This document shows positions 35,168 through 47,830 of a stretch of 64,000 nt of DNA, one piece after another. The number at the start of each line of letters is the position of its first letter. The first letter of the stretch is position 1. The notes under the pieces were generated by a model. It was not told the DNA's origin, searched no databases, and worked only from the letters and a program-made list of their open reading frames with translations. Both the position numbers and the translations under genes were made by a program. The stretch is from Anthoceros angustus (Eukaryota > Plantae > Anthocerotophyta), in NCBI GenBank assembly GCA_010909165.1, contig VJWM01000063.1:744001-808000 (forward strand). Direction: 5' to 3'.

Positions 35168-37666
35168 TTGGGTCGAATCATGGTTTTGCGAGTCAGGGTT
35201 GCAAGTAAAGGCCTAAGGAGCCTCTTGTGGCAACAGCATTTCTGGATCCGACAAATGATACCGGGTCTTGGAGGGAGACATCCTGCTGGTCTGAGTTCAA
35301 GGTCTGACCCGTTGCCCAACGAAGAAGCTTGGCAGGCCAGGAGTGGGTCAGCCCGTTCCACAGAATGGGTGGCTGGAGAAAAAAATTCCGGCAAGAGCGG
35401 GCGGCAGGAGCTCTTGCAGATGGCTCCTCGTGGGCCTTCGTCCAAGTCGAGCTTGTCGGATGATCCTGACCGCCGCATCCCTGCAGGCTGCGGATTTAGC
35501 ATAGCGGCAGAAACTGTGAGCAAGCTGTGCCAGCAGGGGGAGCTTCGTGAGGCCATTGAGGCTCTGGAGATGCTGGTAGAGACAGGCTCCCCTGTGACCA
35601 AGTCTCTGTTTTATAGTGTTCTGCAAAAATGTATTGGGAAGAAGGATCTAGGTCTGGGGCGCAGTGTTCATGCGCTCATTGCGAAAAAAGGGTATCACTT
35701 GGACACGTTCTTGTGCAACCACATCCTGAGGATGTATGCGTCTCATGCCAGGATGCAAGAAGCGATGGATGTGTTCACCTTGGTTCCCAATCCAGATGCC
35801 TTCATGTGGTCTTCGATAATTTCTGCCCATGTCAAACATGGGCAGGCTAAGCAGGCCATACATTTGTATCATCAGATGCGCAGGTCAAGTGTGAAGCCAG
35901 ATGACCATGTGTTTTTAGCAGCCCTACAGGCTTGTGCTTGGGCAGCAGACTTGAAAACTGGGCAGCAGGTGCATGCTGATGTGGTGGCTAGGGGCATAGA
36001 GCCTCGTTTATTTGTATTCAATGCCTTGGTGGACATGTATGCAAAGTGTGGTAGCCTCGAGGATGCTCAGAAAGTGTTTGACAGGCTTCCTCAGAGAACT
36101 GTGGTGACGTGGACTGCCATGATGGCGGGATATTCCCAGCAGGGCAAGGGTCAGGAGGCCCTTAGTCTTTACAGGGCCATGCAGCGAGAAGGCCTTGCAT
36201 CACCTGATTCTGTGACATTTGTGTGCCTCCTGCAAGCATGTGCGAGTGTGGGTACCTCGGCTATGGAGACAGGGAAGCAGCTTCATCGACAGATTGAGGA
36301 TGAAGGACTTCAAGCTGATGTGGTTGTAGGTTGCAGCCTGGTAAACATGTATGCAAAGTGTGGCAGCTTAGAGGATGCTCAGAGCGTGTTTGATAAGCTT
36401 CCTCAAAAATCTGCAGTGACATGGACTGCCTTGATAGCTGCATATTCCCAGAAAGGGATGGGGGAGGAAGCCCTTCATCTTTACAGTGCTATGCAAGAAG
36501 AAGGCATTGCTGCACCAGATTCTGTGACTTTTGTGTGCCTCCTGCAGGCGTGTGCAATTGTGGGTACCCAGGCTTTGGAGAAGGGGAAGCAGCTTCATGC
36601 ACAAATTAGAGACCGTGGAATCCTGGTTGATGGAGGTATAGGGTGCAGCCTGGTGAATATGTATGCAAAATGTGGCAGCCTAGAGGATGCTCAGAGCATC
36701 TTTGACAAGCTTCTGGAAAAAACTGTGGTGACATGGAATGCCCTCATAGCCGGATATTCCCAGCAAGGCATGGGTCAGGAAGCTCTTCGTGTCTACACTG
36801 CTATGCAAGACGAAGGCCTTACTACAGCAGATGCTGTCACGTTTGCTTGCCTCCTGCAAGCATGTGCAAATGTAGCAGCTTTGCACGCGGGACGACACCT
36901 TCATGCACAGATTGAAGAGCAAGGGCTTCAAACCGATGAGTTCGTAGCCATCAGTTTGATAAACATGTATGCAAAATGTGGGAGCATGGTTGACGCTCTT
37001 CAGGTCTTCGACTCATTGCAAGAAAGAGACATCGTGGCCTGGAATGCTCTGATTGCAGGATACACCCGCCAAGGAGACAGCGAAGTGGTCTTCAAGCTAT
37101 TTCACAAAATGCGAGAACGGGGCATCCAACCGACAGGTGTCACCTTCCTCAGTCTCCTAACGGTATGCAGCCATGCAGGCCTAGTCGACAAGGGGCAAGA
37201 GTACTTCGACTCAATGAGACAACAGTTCGCCATCACTCCCACCGCCGAGCACTACTCTTGCATGGTGGATCTCCTGGGCAGAGCAGGCCACCTCGATGCA
37301 GCACTAGCAATGGTGAAGACAATGCCTGTACAGGCAGACGACACCGTCTGGCGCATTCTACTGGGTGCTTGTCAAAAGTGGAGCAACGTCGACCTGGGAC
37401 GACATGCTTTCGATGAGGCAGTGAAGCTCAACAACAAAGGCTCCGCCCCATATGTACTGATGTCCAACATCTACATCAACGCCCAGATGTGGGAGGAGGC
37501 AGAGGAGATGCAAGCAAGGAGGACAAAAACCCAGGCTTGGAAGCAACCAGGCCAGAGCTGGTGGACAGACATGGACGGACTAGTTCACAGTTTTGTGGTC
37601 GGAGACTTAAAGCTAAAACAGCTTTGCTCCCAAAATCAGGCATCAGAGATGATACATGCCATATAA
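35168..37666 (+). CDS. PLS-class pentatricopeptide repeat protein with E/E+ terminus, no DYW domain; intronless
   Basis: 832-aa ORF with repeated MYAKCGSLEDA...VTW.A.IA.Y...VTF..LLQAC units, then HYSCMVDLLGRAG, VWRILLGAC, YVLMSNIY and KQPGQSW...HSFVVGD. The true start may be downstream. Confidence 0.95.
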   Translation: MGRIMVLRVRVASKGLRSLLWQQHFWIRQMIPGLGGRHPAGLSSRSDPLPNEEAWQARSGSARSTEWVAGEKNSGKSGRQELLQMAPRGPSSKSSLSDDPDRRIPAGCGFSIAAETVSKLCQQGELREAIEALEMLVETGSPVTKSLFYSVLQKCIGKKDLGLGRSVHALIAKKGYHLDTFLCNHILRMYASHARMQEAMDVFTLVPNPDAFMWSSIISAHVKHGQAKQAIHLYHQMRRSSVKPDDHVFLAALQACAWAADLKTGQQVHADVVARGIEPRLFVFNALVDMYAKCGSLEDAQKVFDRLPQRTVVTWTAMMAGYSQQGKGQEALSLYRAMQREGLASPDSVTFVCLLQACASVGTSAMETGKQLHRQIEDEGLQADVVVGCSLVNMYAKCGSLEDAQSVFDKLPQKSAVTWTALIAAYSQKGMGEEALHLYSAMQEEGIAAPDSVTFVCLLQACAIVGTQALEKGKQLHAQIRDRGILVDGGIGCSLVNMYAKCGSLEDAQSIFDKLLEKTVVTWNALIAGYSQQGMGQEALRVYTAMQDEGLTTADAVTFACLLQACANVAALHAGRHLHAQIEEQGLQTDEFVAISLINMYAKCGSMVDALQVFDSLQERDIVAWNALIAGYTRQGDSEVVFKLFHKMRERGIQPTGVTFLSLLTVCSHAGLVDKGQEYFDSMRQQFAITPTAEHYSCMVDLLGRAGHLDAALAMVKTMPVQADDTVWRILLGACQKWSNVDLGRHAFDEAVKLNNKGSAPYVLMSNIYINAQMWEEAEEMQARRTKTQAWKQPGQSWWTDMDGLVHSFVVGDLKLKQLCSQNQASEMIHAI

Positions 37667-38739
37667 AAACTATCTGGAAAGGCCAAAATCTGGTGTCCAT
37701 GGTGGTGGATTTCCGTCTCAGTGCTTCATTGCGGGGCTCCATAACCCATCGCAGATGACCTCTTTCCTGTCGTCCTGCACCAGGAACCTGTAGTCGATGC
37801 CGTGCCCTGCGGACTGCGACGCCCACAGAGTTTTCTGGGTGCCAGTTTCGTAAACGATTGCAGTCCTTCTGCATGATAAGGTGGCAATTCTTTGCCTTGC
37901 CGGCAGTATTGCCGGCCCACATCGGCTTGTTCAGGAGTCCACGAGGGTTCAACACAAGGTTGCAATCTCGCTGCATGTGCAGGGTGTAGTCGACGCCGAT
38001 TTGCCATCCCCATATTCAGTTCCCGACCTTCCAGCAAGTAATTGGGACCGTCGTAGTCATCTGCTGTCGCCGCTCCAGGCCCGGATCCTGGCATCAGTGG
38101 AACTGCCATTGCCAGCCACCTGAGGCATGCAATGGCCTGGATTCCAATTTGCTACACCCACCCCCATCCGGCGTGCCTTGTAGGTTTGAAGAGGCCTCGG
38201 CGACATCGACGTCTTCCCTGATGAGAGCCGTGTGCGCAGTGCTCGGATGCTGCCTGCGTCACAGGTGCATTTTAAAGGATGGCAGCGACGATGGTCATCG
38301 TTAATTCCATCGTTAGTCGGACAAACCGACGAAACCCTGATGGAAGGTAAAGCAATAGTGCAATAGTGCTGTAAAGCTTCCAAAATGGCCTTGCGTCTGG
38401 ATAAAGCGAGAGTGCTACTGCGTGCAGCCTATACGTGGTAAGGCTGTGGTAGTGACCATCGGATTTGCTTGGTAGAGCTTCGCCTGGCAGAAACTGCTTT
38501 GCTGGTGACTGCACTCCAACAAGGACCAGGAGCGACTACCATGTATGGGAGGAATGGCAGATCAGCACAATCTGCGATGGACACAAATATTCAGTCACTG
38601 ATCGGTTTGTCAGCAAGCGGAATGCACATCTGCCCATTCCCTGATAGATCTTTCAGACAAGTCAGCAGCCTCGGTAAGGCAGCAGCTTCCAATCTGCCAG
38701 TGCTACGCAACGAGAAGGCTTGGCGACACCTAATTCCGT

Positions 38740-39080
38740 AACTTTCATGTGCCCTGGGGAACCTCATCTTGTTCATGTTTGCTTGTTGAGGTAAGCTGCA
38801 GGATGCCATGGATTTGTTCATGTGGTTCTCCATAATTTCCAAGCATGGAAAACCTAATGAGGTCTTACAACTGTACCATGAGATGCCTAGGTCAGGTCTT
38901 TGTAGGTGCCCTTCAAGCTTGTGCATTTGCCGCCGCCTCGGAGTCTAAACAAGAGTGTGCACTGCGATGTGCCGCACTGTGCCATTGCTAATGCACGCCA
39001 GGTTCTTGATGACATGAAAACAGTGACATGGAGCCTCATTTCAGCAGGAGGGCCTCATTCTGGCTGACCATGTTACTTTC
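38740..39080 (+). pseudogene. Degenerate PPR fragment
   Basis: Broken frames read LGNLILFMFAC*GKLQDAMDLF, MWFSIISKHGKPNEVLQLYHEM, FVGALQACA, ANARQVLDDMKTVTWS and DHVTF, parallel to the N-terminal repeats of the adjacent PPR. Confidence 0.65.
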
Positions 39081-39403
39081 GGCTTTTGGCCATAGGCTAT
39101 GTATTTAACTTACAAACTCAATGCGGACGCCGCCCTCCGGTTCCGGTGTCCTGATGGGCTAACCCATGCCAGAGCTTCTTCCCGATGCCCATATCGGCGC
39201 GATCCTTCCATGCCCCATGCTCCATGTCCCATTCCCCTGTGCCCCATACCCCTATGCCCTAAGTCGCCGCGATGCCCTCATGGCTCCTGCCGCGGGGCTG
39301 TAGGGCATCTCGGTTAAAACTCTATACAAGTAAGGGTACTCGTGAAATAAGGTAGAAAGATAAAAAAGTTAAAAAATTAAATTAAGCTACTTATTAGCTA
39401 CCC

Positions 39404-40612
39404 TGTTAAGAAATGCATGCATGCTTCATGCAATCTCCTATTAGAGAGAAATTGCTACAGCCACTAATGAAGAGTTGCCTAGAGAAGACTCTTAGAGATC
39501 AGTGGTCAAGAATCACTTCAGTTAGTAATTGCCTAGTTAAGACAAACCTGCGAGATATATAAGGGCGAGAGCAAGGGCCTTGAGAAACACGATCATCATC
39601 ATCATTCAGTTCATGATGGGCTGCAAGCCTTGTGTTGAGAGAGCTGTGGAGAGCGTAGTTAGTAAGCTTGTCCTTGAGTCAAGGGTAGTAGTCAGTTGAG
39701 TCAAGGGCAATAGTCAATTGAGTTGAATCAGGGGCTTGTCGTTGAGTCAAGGGTAGTAGTCAGTTGAGTCAAGGGCAATAGTCAATTGAGTTGAGTCAGG
39801 GGCAGTAATTAGTTGAGTCAAGGGCAGTAGCCAATTGGGCGTAGATGGCTAGACTCAAAGTGTGTATTCTATCAAAAAAGAGCAGCACCTAGAGGAGGGA
39901 GCTTGTGAGTCGACGGCGGGTTACTTAGAGTTTAGTGTTGTGTTGTGAGGTTCTATTTATAAAGAGCAGCACCTCGAGGAGGTGGCCTGTGAGTCAAGTG
40001 TGTATTCTATCAATAAAGAGCAGCACCTAGAGGAGGTAGCTTGTGAGTCGACGGCGGGCTACTTAGAGTTTAGTGCTGTATTGTGAGCTTTTTTATAAAG
40101 AGCAGCACCTCGAGGAGGTGGCCTGTGAGTCACATGTGGACGGGGTGCTACTTAGAGCTTAGAGTTGCATTGTGAGGTTGAGAGCGTTGAGAATCGTGCA
40201 AGTCACTTGTGGAGTGAATTAGCAAGGTCCTAGACTGTTGAGGTGGCCTGTGAGTCACATGTGGACGGGGTGCTACTTAGAGCTTAGAGTTGCATTGTGA
40301 GGTTGAGAGCGTTGAGAATCGTGCAAGTCACTTGTGGAGTGAATTAGCAAGGTCCTAGACTGTTGGTAAGCCAGCACTTATCGCTTTCTTACTAGCTGCT
40401 TAGTGAGGGGCATTACTATACATGTACTTATTCTATATTGTACATATTCCCATATTGGATACCAAAGTCTCGCGGGTGGAGTGAATTAGCAAGGTCCTAG
40501 ACTGTTGGTAAGCCAGCACTTATCGCTTTCTTACTAGCTGCTTAGTGAGGGGCATTACTATACATGTACTTATTCTATATTGTACATATTCCCATATTGG
40601 ATATCAAAGTCT
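39404..40612 (+). mobile_element. LTR-like sequence (TGTTAAG...CCCA) with TATA and a degenerate tRNA-Met-type PBS; no internal coding region
   Basis: TG...CA ends, TATATAAG near 39555, internal tandem blocks (GTTGAGTCAAGGG; AAAGAGCAGCACC; ~125 bp and ~146 bp duplications), and TGGATATCAAAG after the 3' end. Confidence 0.5.
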
Positions 40613-42462
40613 CGCGGGGCCACCAAGGGATTTTATCTAGGGTGACATAAGAAGTTTTCCTGCCGCATACGATGGAAAAACTTCTTATGTCACACTCTTG
40701 ATGACATCGGCCGGGGGCCTGTTTCCGCTTGGACTTGGACACAAAGGTTTGCCAAGCCGCCATGGGGTGTCAGGCGTGTTCACAGGGAAGTGTGGCATAC
40801 TGATGTCATTAGAAGTAGTAAGAAGTATTTAAAAAAGATGAAAATTTGAAAGGGAAGCGAACCTAAAACAACATAATATTTATAGAGGCAGAATATATAT
40901 GAAGGGATGTTTGACCCTAACATACAGCTCAACGGGCTTTCATGTTTGCGTGTCGCGGCCGAAGAAAAAGGCTAAAAATAAGGGTGTGCATAGGATAGGA
41001 AGACAAATAATTGCTAGCCAATTGATACAGTAATGGCATGGAACAATCTAACAATGCTCATCTATGTGGTCCATGTGGGCCAGGGCGCCAATGGGAACAG
41101 CCTATGGTATTTTCCAAAAATCAAGGTATTGGGACACGTACAACCTGCTTCATGGTCTAGATGTAGGAATGTCAAGGTTTTCAGTTGTTTGAATGTTTTT
41201 TGTGATGAAGATAGTTATTTCTAGTACTAGAGAGCATGCACGCGCCCAAGGCATATATGTGTTTCTGAAAACAGAAAGAAAAGCCTATGACATATTTATT
41301 GCCTTGTCTACCACTGTGTCCGCATACTTCAATACCATGTCTTTCCTGCTAATGGATTTCATGTGGGCAAGAGATGATATGCTTGGGTGCATTAACGTCG
41401 ATATAGGTAGGTGGGATACAGGGCCCATGACACAACTTATCTAAGGGCGCCGACATGCCCGGCTCTTTAAAGGGACTATAAGAGCATAAGGGAGTATGTG
41501 GGCATAGGTATTCCCGTCCTTTTATATATATATCTATAGTTTGTGCTTCACCATTAGTCCCCTAAGATGAAGTTAGTGAAGTGGGTTTCGGTGTGGATAA
41601 ATTGTCATGGTGAGTCAGGATGCTGAGGAGGATGCACAGAAAGAGGAGGAGGCAGTACAACCTACCTTTTTAAAGTGTGAGAAAGTGAAGAGCCTCAGCA
41701 ATTGTCATGTCATTGTTTGATAATATCTCGAGGGAAGAGGATCGCGTACAGCTACAAGCAATGCAGATGTTTATCGGCCTTAGGTACGTGGTTAATTTAG
41801 ATTATTTTTGTGATTGATCAAATAATATGAATTTATCTCTTAATTGGGTTATATTAAGTTATGATAATAAAAACTATGAGAATTAATTAATTTTAGAAAA
41901 AATTATTTCCCAACTAGTTATTCAAGAACTCAGAACTTACAACTTATGTACAATGTAACCTGCACGGTTTTCCGGATTTTCGATACGTTTTCAGGGGATG
42001 AAACTTATCAGAAGAAAACTTATTGGAGGATGAGTGTACTTATTTGACTGGCGTGCCTCTCGGGGAAATTGCGGCGCTAATCCTCGATACAACGGTAACC
42101 TGGGTTGCGTAATTAAGTAGTTACCGAGTACGCACGGTGGCGAAAGAGTAAGTTCCCGAGTTTTGCCAGGCAGAGCCACTATGTATGGCCGTACAGGCGT
42201 GATGGTTTAACCAAGTGCGATATTTTGGCTCTTCCCTCCCCTTACGGCTGCGCCAAGTGCGAAGTTGCCGGATCGGGCGCCGGATTCGTGCTGATCGCGC
42301 CTCTCGTTTCCGGTACAAATTCCTCCTCGCTCTCAGCGAGGAACATCATTTGTGCCACGCTGCAGCAGCTGGTGCTTGTGGGGAGCCCGAGGGCGTCGTC
42401 TCCTCACACGCCAGGCTGGTTGCTGGGCTGAGCTTGGATCCCAGAGCTTGGAGCATAGGGCA

Positions 42463-43872
42463 ATGGCGGCCGTGAGAGCGGTGTTGGTGTTGGTGTTGCT
42501 GGCCCTGGCTGGCTTCGCGCAGGCGGCCAGGGATTACTCCCAGCTGGGGTATACCCCGGATGACATGAAGTCGGAGGAGGCCATGGTGCGATTGCACCAG
42601 AGGTGGCAGGCCAAGCACGGCAAGTTCTACAACGGCCTCCCGGAAGAGGAGGCGAGGTTCCAGATCTGGAAGGAGAACCTGAAGTACATCGCGGAGCGGA
42701 ACGAGGGCGAGGAGAACTACAGCCTGGGGCTGAACAAGTTCGCGGACATGAGCCATGAGGAATTCAAGGCCAAGTATCTGGGGACGAAGATGGACTTGTC
42801 GCGGAGGGAGAAGAAGGTGGGAGGAAGCTTCAAGTACGAGAAGGTGGAGTCGGTGCCGGATTCGGTCGACTGGAGGACCTCGGGGGCTGTGGCGTATGTG
42901 AAGGATCAGGGTAGCTGCGGGAGTTGCTGGGCTTTCTCTACGACCGGGGCCGTCGAAGGTATCAACCAGATCGTGACCGGGAACTTGGTGGCGCTGTCGG
43001 AGCAGGAGCTGGTGGACTGTGACACCCGGGTGAACCAGGGCTGCAACGGCGGGCTCATGGACTACGCTTTCGAGTTCATCATCAGCAACGGGGGGATCGA
43101 CACCGAGGAGGACTATCCGTACAAGGGCTATGGGGGGAAGTGTGATACCGCGAGGCTGAACGCACACGTTGTCACCATTGACGGGTACGAAGACGTCCCG
43201 TACAACAATGAGCAGGCCTTGATCAAGGCTGTGGCAAACCAGCCTGTGTCTGTGGCCATCGAGGCTGGGGGCCGGGACTTCCAGTTCTACGTCAGTGGTG
43301 TGTTCACTGGAACCTGCGGCACTAACTTGGATCACGGAGTTTTGGCTGTCGGTTATGGATCTGAGAATGGGCTGGACTACTGGATCGTGAAGAACTCTTG
43401 GGGGGCTGCCTGGGGAGAGTCTGGGTACTTGAAGATGCAAAGGGGGACTGGGAAGGCTGCCGGGCTGTGCGGGATCAACATCGAGCCTTCTTACCCGACC
43501 AAGATCGGGCCCAACCCTCCTCCCTCTCCTCCTTCCCCTCCTGCCCCTGTTACTCCTCCTACCCAATGTGACAACTACCACAGCTGCCCTGAGAGCACCA
43601 CCTGCTGCTGCCTGTTCCCGATCGGGAAGTATTGCCTGGCGTGGGGATGCTGCCCGTTGGAGAGCGCCACTTGCTGCGACGATCACTACCACTGCTGCCC
43701 CCATGACTACCCTGTCTGCGACTTGAGGAACAACCTCTGCCTGGCCAAAGCTTCTGGGCCTGGCTCCGCCATGCTGACCAGGATTCCTGCCTGGTATGAT
43801 GGTCCCGTGCTGCATAACTTTTTCGGTGGCAAATCTGGAATGTGGCCGGAAGCAGGGCACGCCTCTGAGTAA
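42463..43872 (+). CDS. Papain-family (C1A) cysteine protease with granulin domain, RD21-like; intronless
   Basis: Signal peptide, I29 prodomain (ERFNIN-like, LNKFAD), [21 protein letters not shown], Pro-rich linker and granulin (CCCLF...GCCP...[16 protein letters not shown]). Start taken at MAAVRAVL. Confidence 0.96.
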   Translation: MAAVRAVLVLVLLALAGFAQAARDYSQLGYTPDDMKSEEAMVRLHQRWQAKHGKFYNGLPEEEARFQIWKENLKYIAERNEGEENYSLGLNKFADMSHEEFKAKYLGTKMDLSRREKKVGGSFKYEKVESVPDSVDWRTSGAVAYVKDQGSCGSCWAFSTTGAVEGINQIVTGNLVALSEQELVDCDTRVNQGCNGGLMDYAFEFIISNGGIDTEEDYPYKGYGGKCDTARLNAHVVTIDGYEDVPYNNEQALIKAVANQPVSVAIEAGGRDFQFYVSGVFTGTCGTNLDHGVLAVGYGSENGLDYWIVKNSWGAAWGESGYLKMQRGTGKAAGLCGINIEPSYPTKIGPNPPPSPPSPPAPVTPPTQCDNYHSCPESTTCCCLFPIGKYCLAWGCCPLESATCCDDHYHCCPHDYPVCDLRNNLCLAKASGPGSAMLTRIPAWYDGPVLHNFFGGKSGMWPEAGHASE

Positions 43873-46506
43873 GCCATTGTATTTTTTGGACGAGGTGGGT
43901 GCTGCGGCTGGGCAGGGAATATCTTCATCCCCCTTGGTGAGCACCTGCCTGGTAGATTGTTGTTGTAGTAGCTTAGCTTCGCGTATTCCATTTTCATTGC
44001 TATCTCAGGATCACATAGTTTGTGCTGTTCCCTGGCCTGTAGGATGTATTGAATGGCGGTAGCTGCCATTGCAGTGCCTTCAATTGTTGACCCTGTGGGA
44101 ATGTGGTGAGCCGGCCGACGCCTTCATTCCACCAATTTGTAGCTTGCTTGCTGCCAGTTTGAATTGTTAGCTCGCTGGCTTGGTAGGTTCACCATTCCAG
44201 CTTGTACCAAGCATAGACCCTCTAGAATTTGTCAGGCAGGCAGGCATGCCCTCTCTCTGTACAAATGCCTAGGAGCTGTAACCGGGTTCATGCCCCGTCT
44301 CATAACAGGCCCCCGCAGTAGCTTTACATTGGCTGGTATTGTAGTGACACCCTAGTTTGCCCCTGTAATTATGTTCCCCTCATTTGGACCTTCCAGCAAG
44401 GGGATGAGCTCCTCCTTCAATTTTTTTCAAGACTCAACTCCTGGTCGAGTCTTTTTTTTTTTCCTTTCCTTCGCTCTCCAGTACCCCTTCTTGTGCACTT
44501 GCGAACAAAATCTGTCATCCAAAGTTTTTTTTTTCACCAACCCGAAAGAAACTTGCAACCCACATACGGAACAAGCTCCCTTTGCACACCCTCTCTCCAC
44601 CCTTCCACAGATTCCGACCCAGCAACCTTGCAGATGCTTCCACATCTCGTGGGACACTGTCTACCACCCACTAACATGCTTTCTTTCTTCGCGTGCACTA
44701 ACTTGACGCAACCCCAGAAGCAGAAACAGCTCGTCATCTCCTTCCTCATTCCAGCCAACCCCGCAATCCCCCTGAGTGGTGAGCATCGATCCCATTATTC
44801 GTCTTGGGAGAGAGTGTGGTCAGGCCACGGTCGCTTGGTCTGGTTGTCTTTTCACCAGACACGGCACCACCGCCTGATAGGACGGACCCAGCCTGCCCAT
44901 ACCGCATTCCATTCGGCGGGAACCCGAACATCCAGCCGCTTGAAAGCGATAAGCCTGCGAGATGCACCTGGATTCCGATTTCCGGCACCAATCAGTCATC
45001 CCGTTTAACGTGGCCATTTCACAGCGGGGCAAGCGCTGTGGATACTTCACCGACCCCCAGGTGGAACCAGGTCGAACGGAGGACACCGCGGAGCCGCTAA
45101 ACTAATATTACCCAACCCTCGTCTCCGAACCACGGAAGCTGCGGCGAAGTTGTCGAGGCGGCGTAGCTTCGGTACTCGCGCTGTCGCGTAGCCGCTCGGC
45201 CAACGTGCAGGCCCGCGGCGAGAGTCCCGGACAAAGCAGCGCGGAAAGGGGGCCCAGGAAAGCGCTGGCTAAAATCGTGGCGCGTCTTGCCGCTTCCGGT
45301 TTCCGGTTTCCGGTTCCGGCTCCGGCTTCCGGAATCCGGAATCCGGCCGCCCACAACCGCCACATTTAGAGGAGCCCGCGCGAAGCTTCCTGCCTTCCGG
45401 TAGGTTAAAACTCTCTTGCGACCTCGGATGACCCGGATTTGGTCTCGTCGGTCCGGGACGGCCGCGGCTGCGACACGATAAGGCCGTCGTTATTACTCCG
45501 TGCTGACTGGTCTCCTTTGCGTTCCACACGCAACGGGCGCGGCATATATTTAGCGGCAACCGTTTCCCGATAAAGTTGGTGAGGTGGCGTAATTTAGCGG
45601 CAGGCCAACTGGGTTGCCGGCCGCCCCTCGCCAGTGACTGCGAGCCGTCAGCTGCCCGCTACATTTAGCGGCCGCTTTGGCTCGACGCCCGGCCAATGGC
45701 TTCGACGTCGGCCACTTGTTGGGCCAAACGCGGCAACCCCGCTGCCCCGCCTGTGCCTGTGCGCCGTCTTTTCACGGTTTCGCCCGCTCCGGCTATACTG
45801 CGCCGTGGCCGCTATTATCTCGCGTAATTCACGCCGTTGAAACGCGAGGTAAATCGTCCTGACCTGGCATTTCGTTCGCTTTTTGGCTTAGAGTTTGATA
45901 TCGTAAAAGTCAAGGAAACTCTGGTGCTCTTTTATCAATGCGCGTTCACCACCTCAAACATCTCATACGCTTCCTTCTCGTCAAGTATTTTTGCCCACCT
46001 TGCTACCATACGCACATATGTAATACGGTACTGGTACTCTTCTGCCCCTCCCTTTCATTTTCCCTCCATGGGTAACATGCACAATTAAAGGGTATGCAAA
46101 GGGGTTGTTGGGACACTAGACCACAAAATATTCGAAAGCGAAAATCAAATCTCAATCATCGGGATCCTAACATTTCACTATCTCAAGTGCCTCCATAGAC
46201 CTATTAGTCCTAATATAGTATTAAATTTATTTAAAAATATAAGACTTGAAGAAGCATATTACTTAAACCTTATTTATTGAAATCATTGTAGGCTATTTTC
46301 TGGCAACCAGCTCCCACAACCGCGAGCACGGATTGACCAGCTCCCAACTCCCACATGCATCATAACCAACAAACTAGGAGCTTTATTCTAGTGCGTGCAA
46401 GCAAGCTTTGCTCTGCTTCAGAGTGCCTCTTGTTTTTCCGCTGCTCCTCCAAGATGTCTCTTGCAAAAATAGGACCTTTTCAAGCTGGGTTGAGGGTTGG
46501 ACACTT

Positions 46507-46660
46507 CACCACTTCAACCTAGACTAGGCAAACTTTGTCTCCACTCTTGGTAATGCTGATGTTAAGCTTACACCTGATCAATGCCCACAGAATGAAGAAG
46601 AATGTGAGGCTATGTTCTAGGCTCCTTATCGTCATGTTGTTGGATGCCTGAATTATATAA
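46507..46660 (+). mobile_element. Ty1/Copia reverse transcriptase relic
   Basis: HHFNLD*ANFVSTLGNADVKLTPDQCPQNEEECEAMF*APYRHVVGCLNY resembles the Copia RT C-terminal block (FNM..AKPVSTP...KL...CP...EE..M..VPY...VG.L.Y); contains stops. Confidence 0.7.
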
Positions 46661-47654
46661 ATTGTCCACAACTCACCGAAGAATATGTTCGAATTCTATG
46701 AGTGGCTAGATTCAACCATTAGCAACGGAATACCGAACTACAAGACCGTCGAGGCCCTTTATTATGTTGTAGGATAGGAAGCCAACAACTACTAGCTTAA
46801 GCATATGTTGGAGTTAGAGAGCCTTCAGGGCTCACAAACCTACAATGAAAAAGACTGCGATCGCTCAGCGCCTCAATGAGCTCAATCTAGGAAACACTAC
46901 CTTCAATTAGGATGAGATTGTTGCCCCGACTGCTGATGAGGTGGGCCAGTAGTTTACAAAGCTTAAACTCCTCCTTTTAGCATGTCGTTTAGTTAAATTT
47001 TCACAGTTAATTTTTGATAATTTTACCTGAAACCTCTTTTTTTAAGACCAACCGAGTCTTAAAAGGATACTGTTTACAGAAATTGGCATTCCCAACTTGC
47101 TAGGCAGTATCTCTACTTTGTGGCGTATTCACTTCACGCCTCCGCGTTCTAATGAAATTCGCGCTATGTGTCATTTCCTCTCAATCGCTTCGCTAATACT
47201 TTCTTTGCTTCTCTTTGCTTCTTTTCTTTCTTTTTATAGAATAGATATAGACCCTTGTTGCCCACATTAGGAATAGAATCATCTAGCACTTACCTCATCC
47301 AATATAATGCATAATGTCTCAAATGCAGGAGGATCAGGCCACATCCGCTACACCGATATTGGCGACCAGTATGTCAATGTCTAAATACATAAAAATTACG
47401 AATTGAGTTCACTTTTCTTGATGCCCTTCACGGAACGTGGAGTCCCGCGATGTCACACAAAAATAGTTTGAATGCACCTAGAACTACTCGTCTTCCATCC
47501 CTGTATTAATCTGGTCACAAGATGGTTAACCTTGGAGTTCTAATTAATATGCGACGTAAATTTACCTAGGTTTGCATGCAAACTACCCGCACCCCCTTAC
47601 GTTACTGAACCGGCCACAAGGGTTCACGCGCGGGTTTTTTATATGCGATGTGAC

Positions 47655-47830
47655 ACACACATGCATCTGCTAGCACCATGTGGGCACGAATTTCAATCCA
47701 TGTGCTCATATACACACGTGCCTCTACTAGCACCATGTGGGCATGAGTTTCAATCCATGTGCTCATACACACACGTGCCTTGCTAGCACCATGTGGGCAA
47801 GAGTTTCAATCCATGTGCTCATACATACGC
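47655..47830. repeat. ~52-bp tandem repeat, ~3.3 copies
   Basis: CTAGCACCATGTGGGCA..GA.TTTCAATCCATGTGCTCATA repeated. Confidence 0.88.

Noticed and set aside
37726-38500. Possible DYW remnant or small gene after the PPR
   Set aside because: No HxE, CxxC or DYW motif in any frame; the ORFs are unrecognised.
42346-43944. 532-aa minus-strand ORF
   Set aside because: Antisense shadow of the GC-rich cysteine protease CDS.
45295-45345. (TTCCGG)n-like run
   Set aside because: Short simple repeat in GC-rich promoter-like DNA; no associated gene could be modelled.
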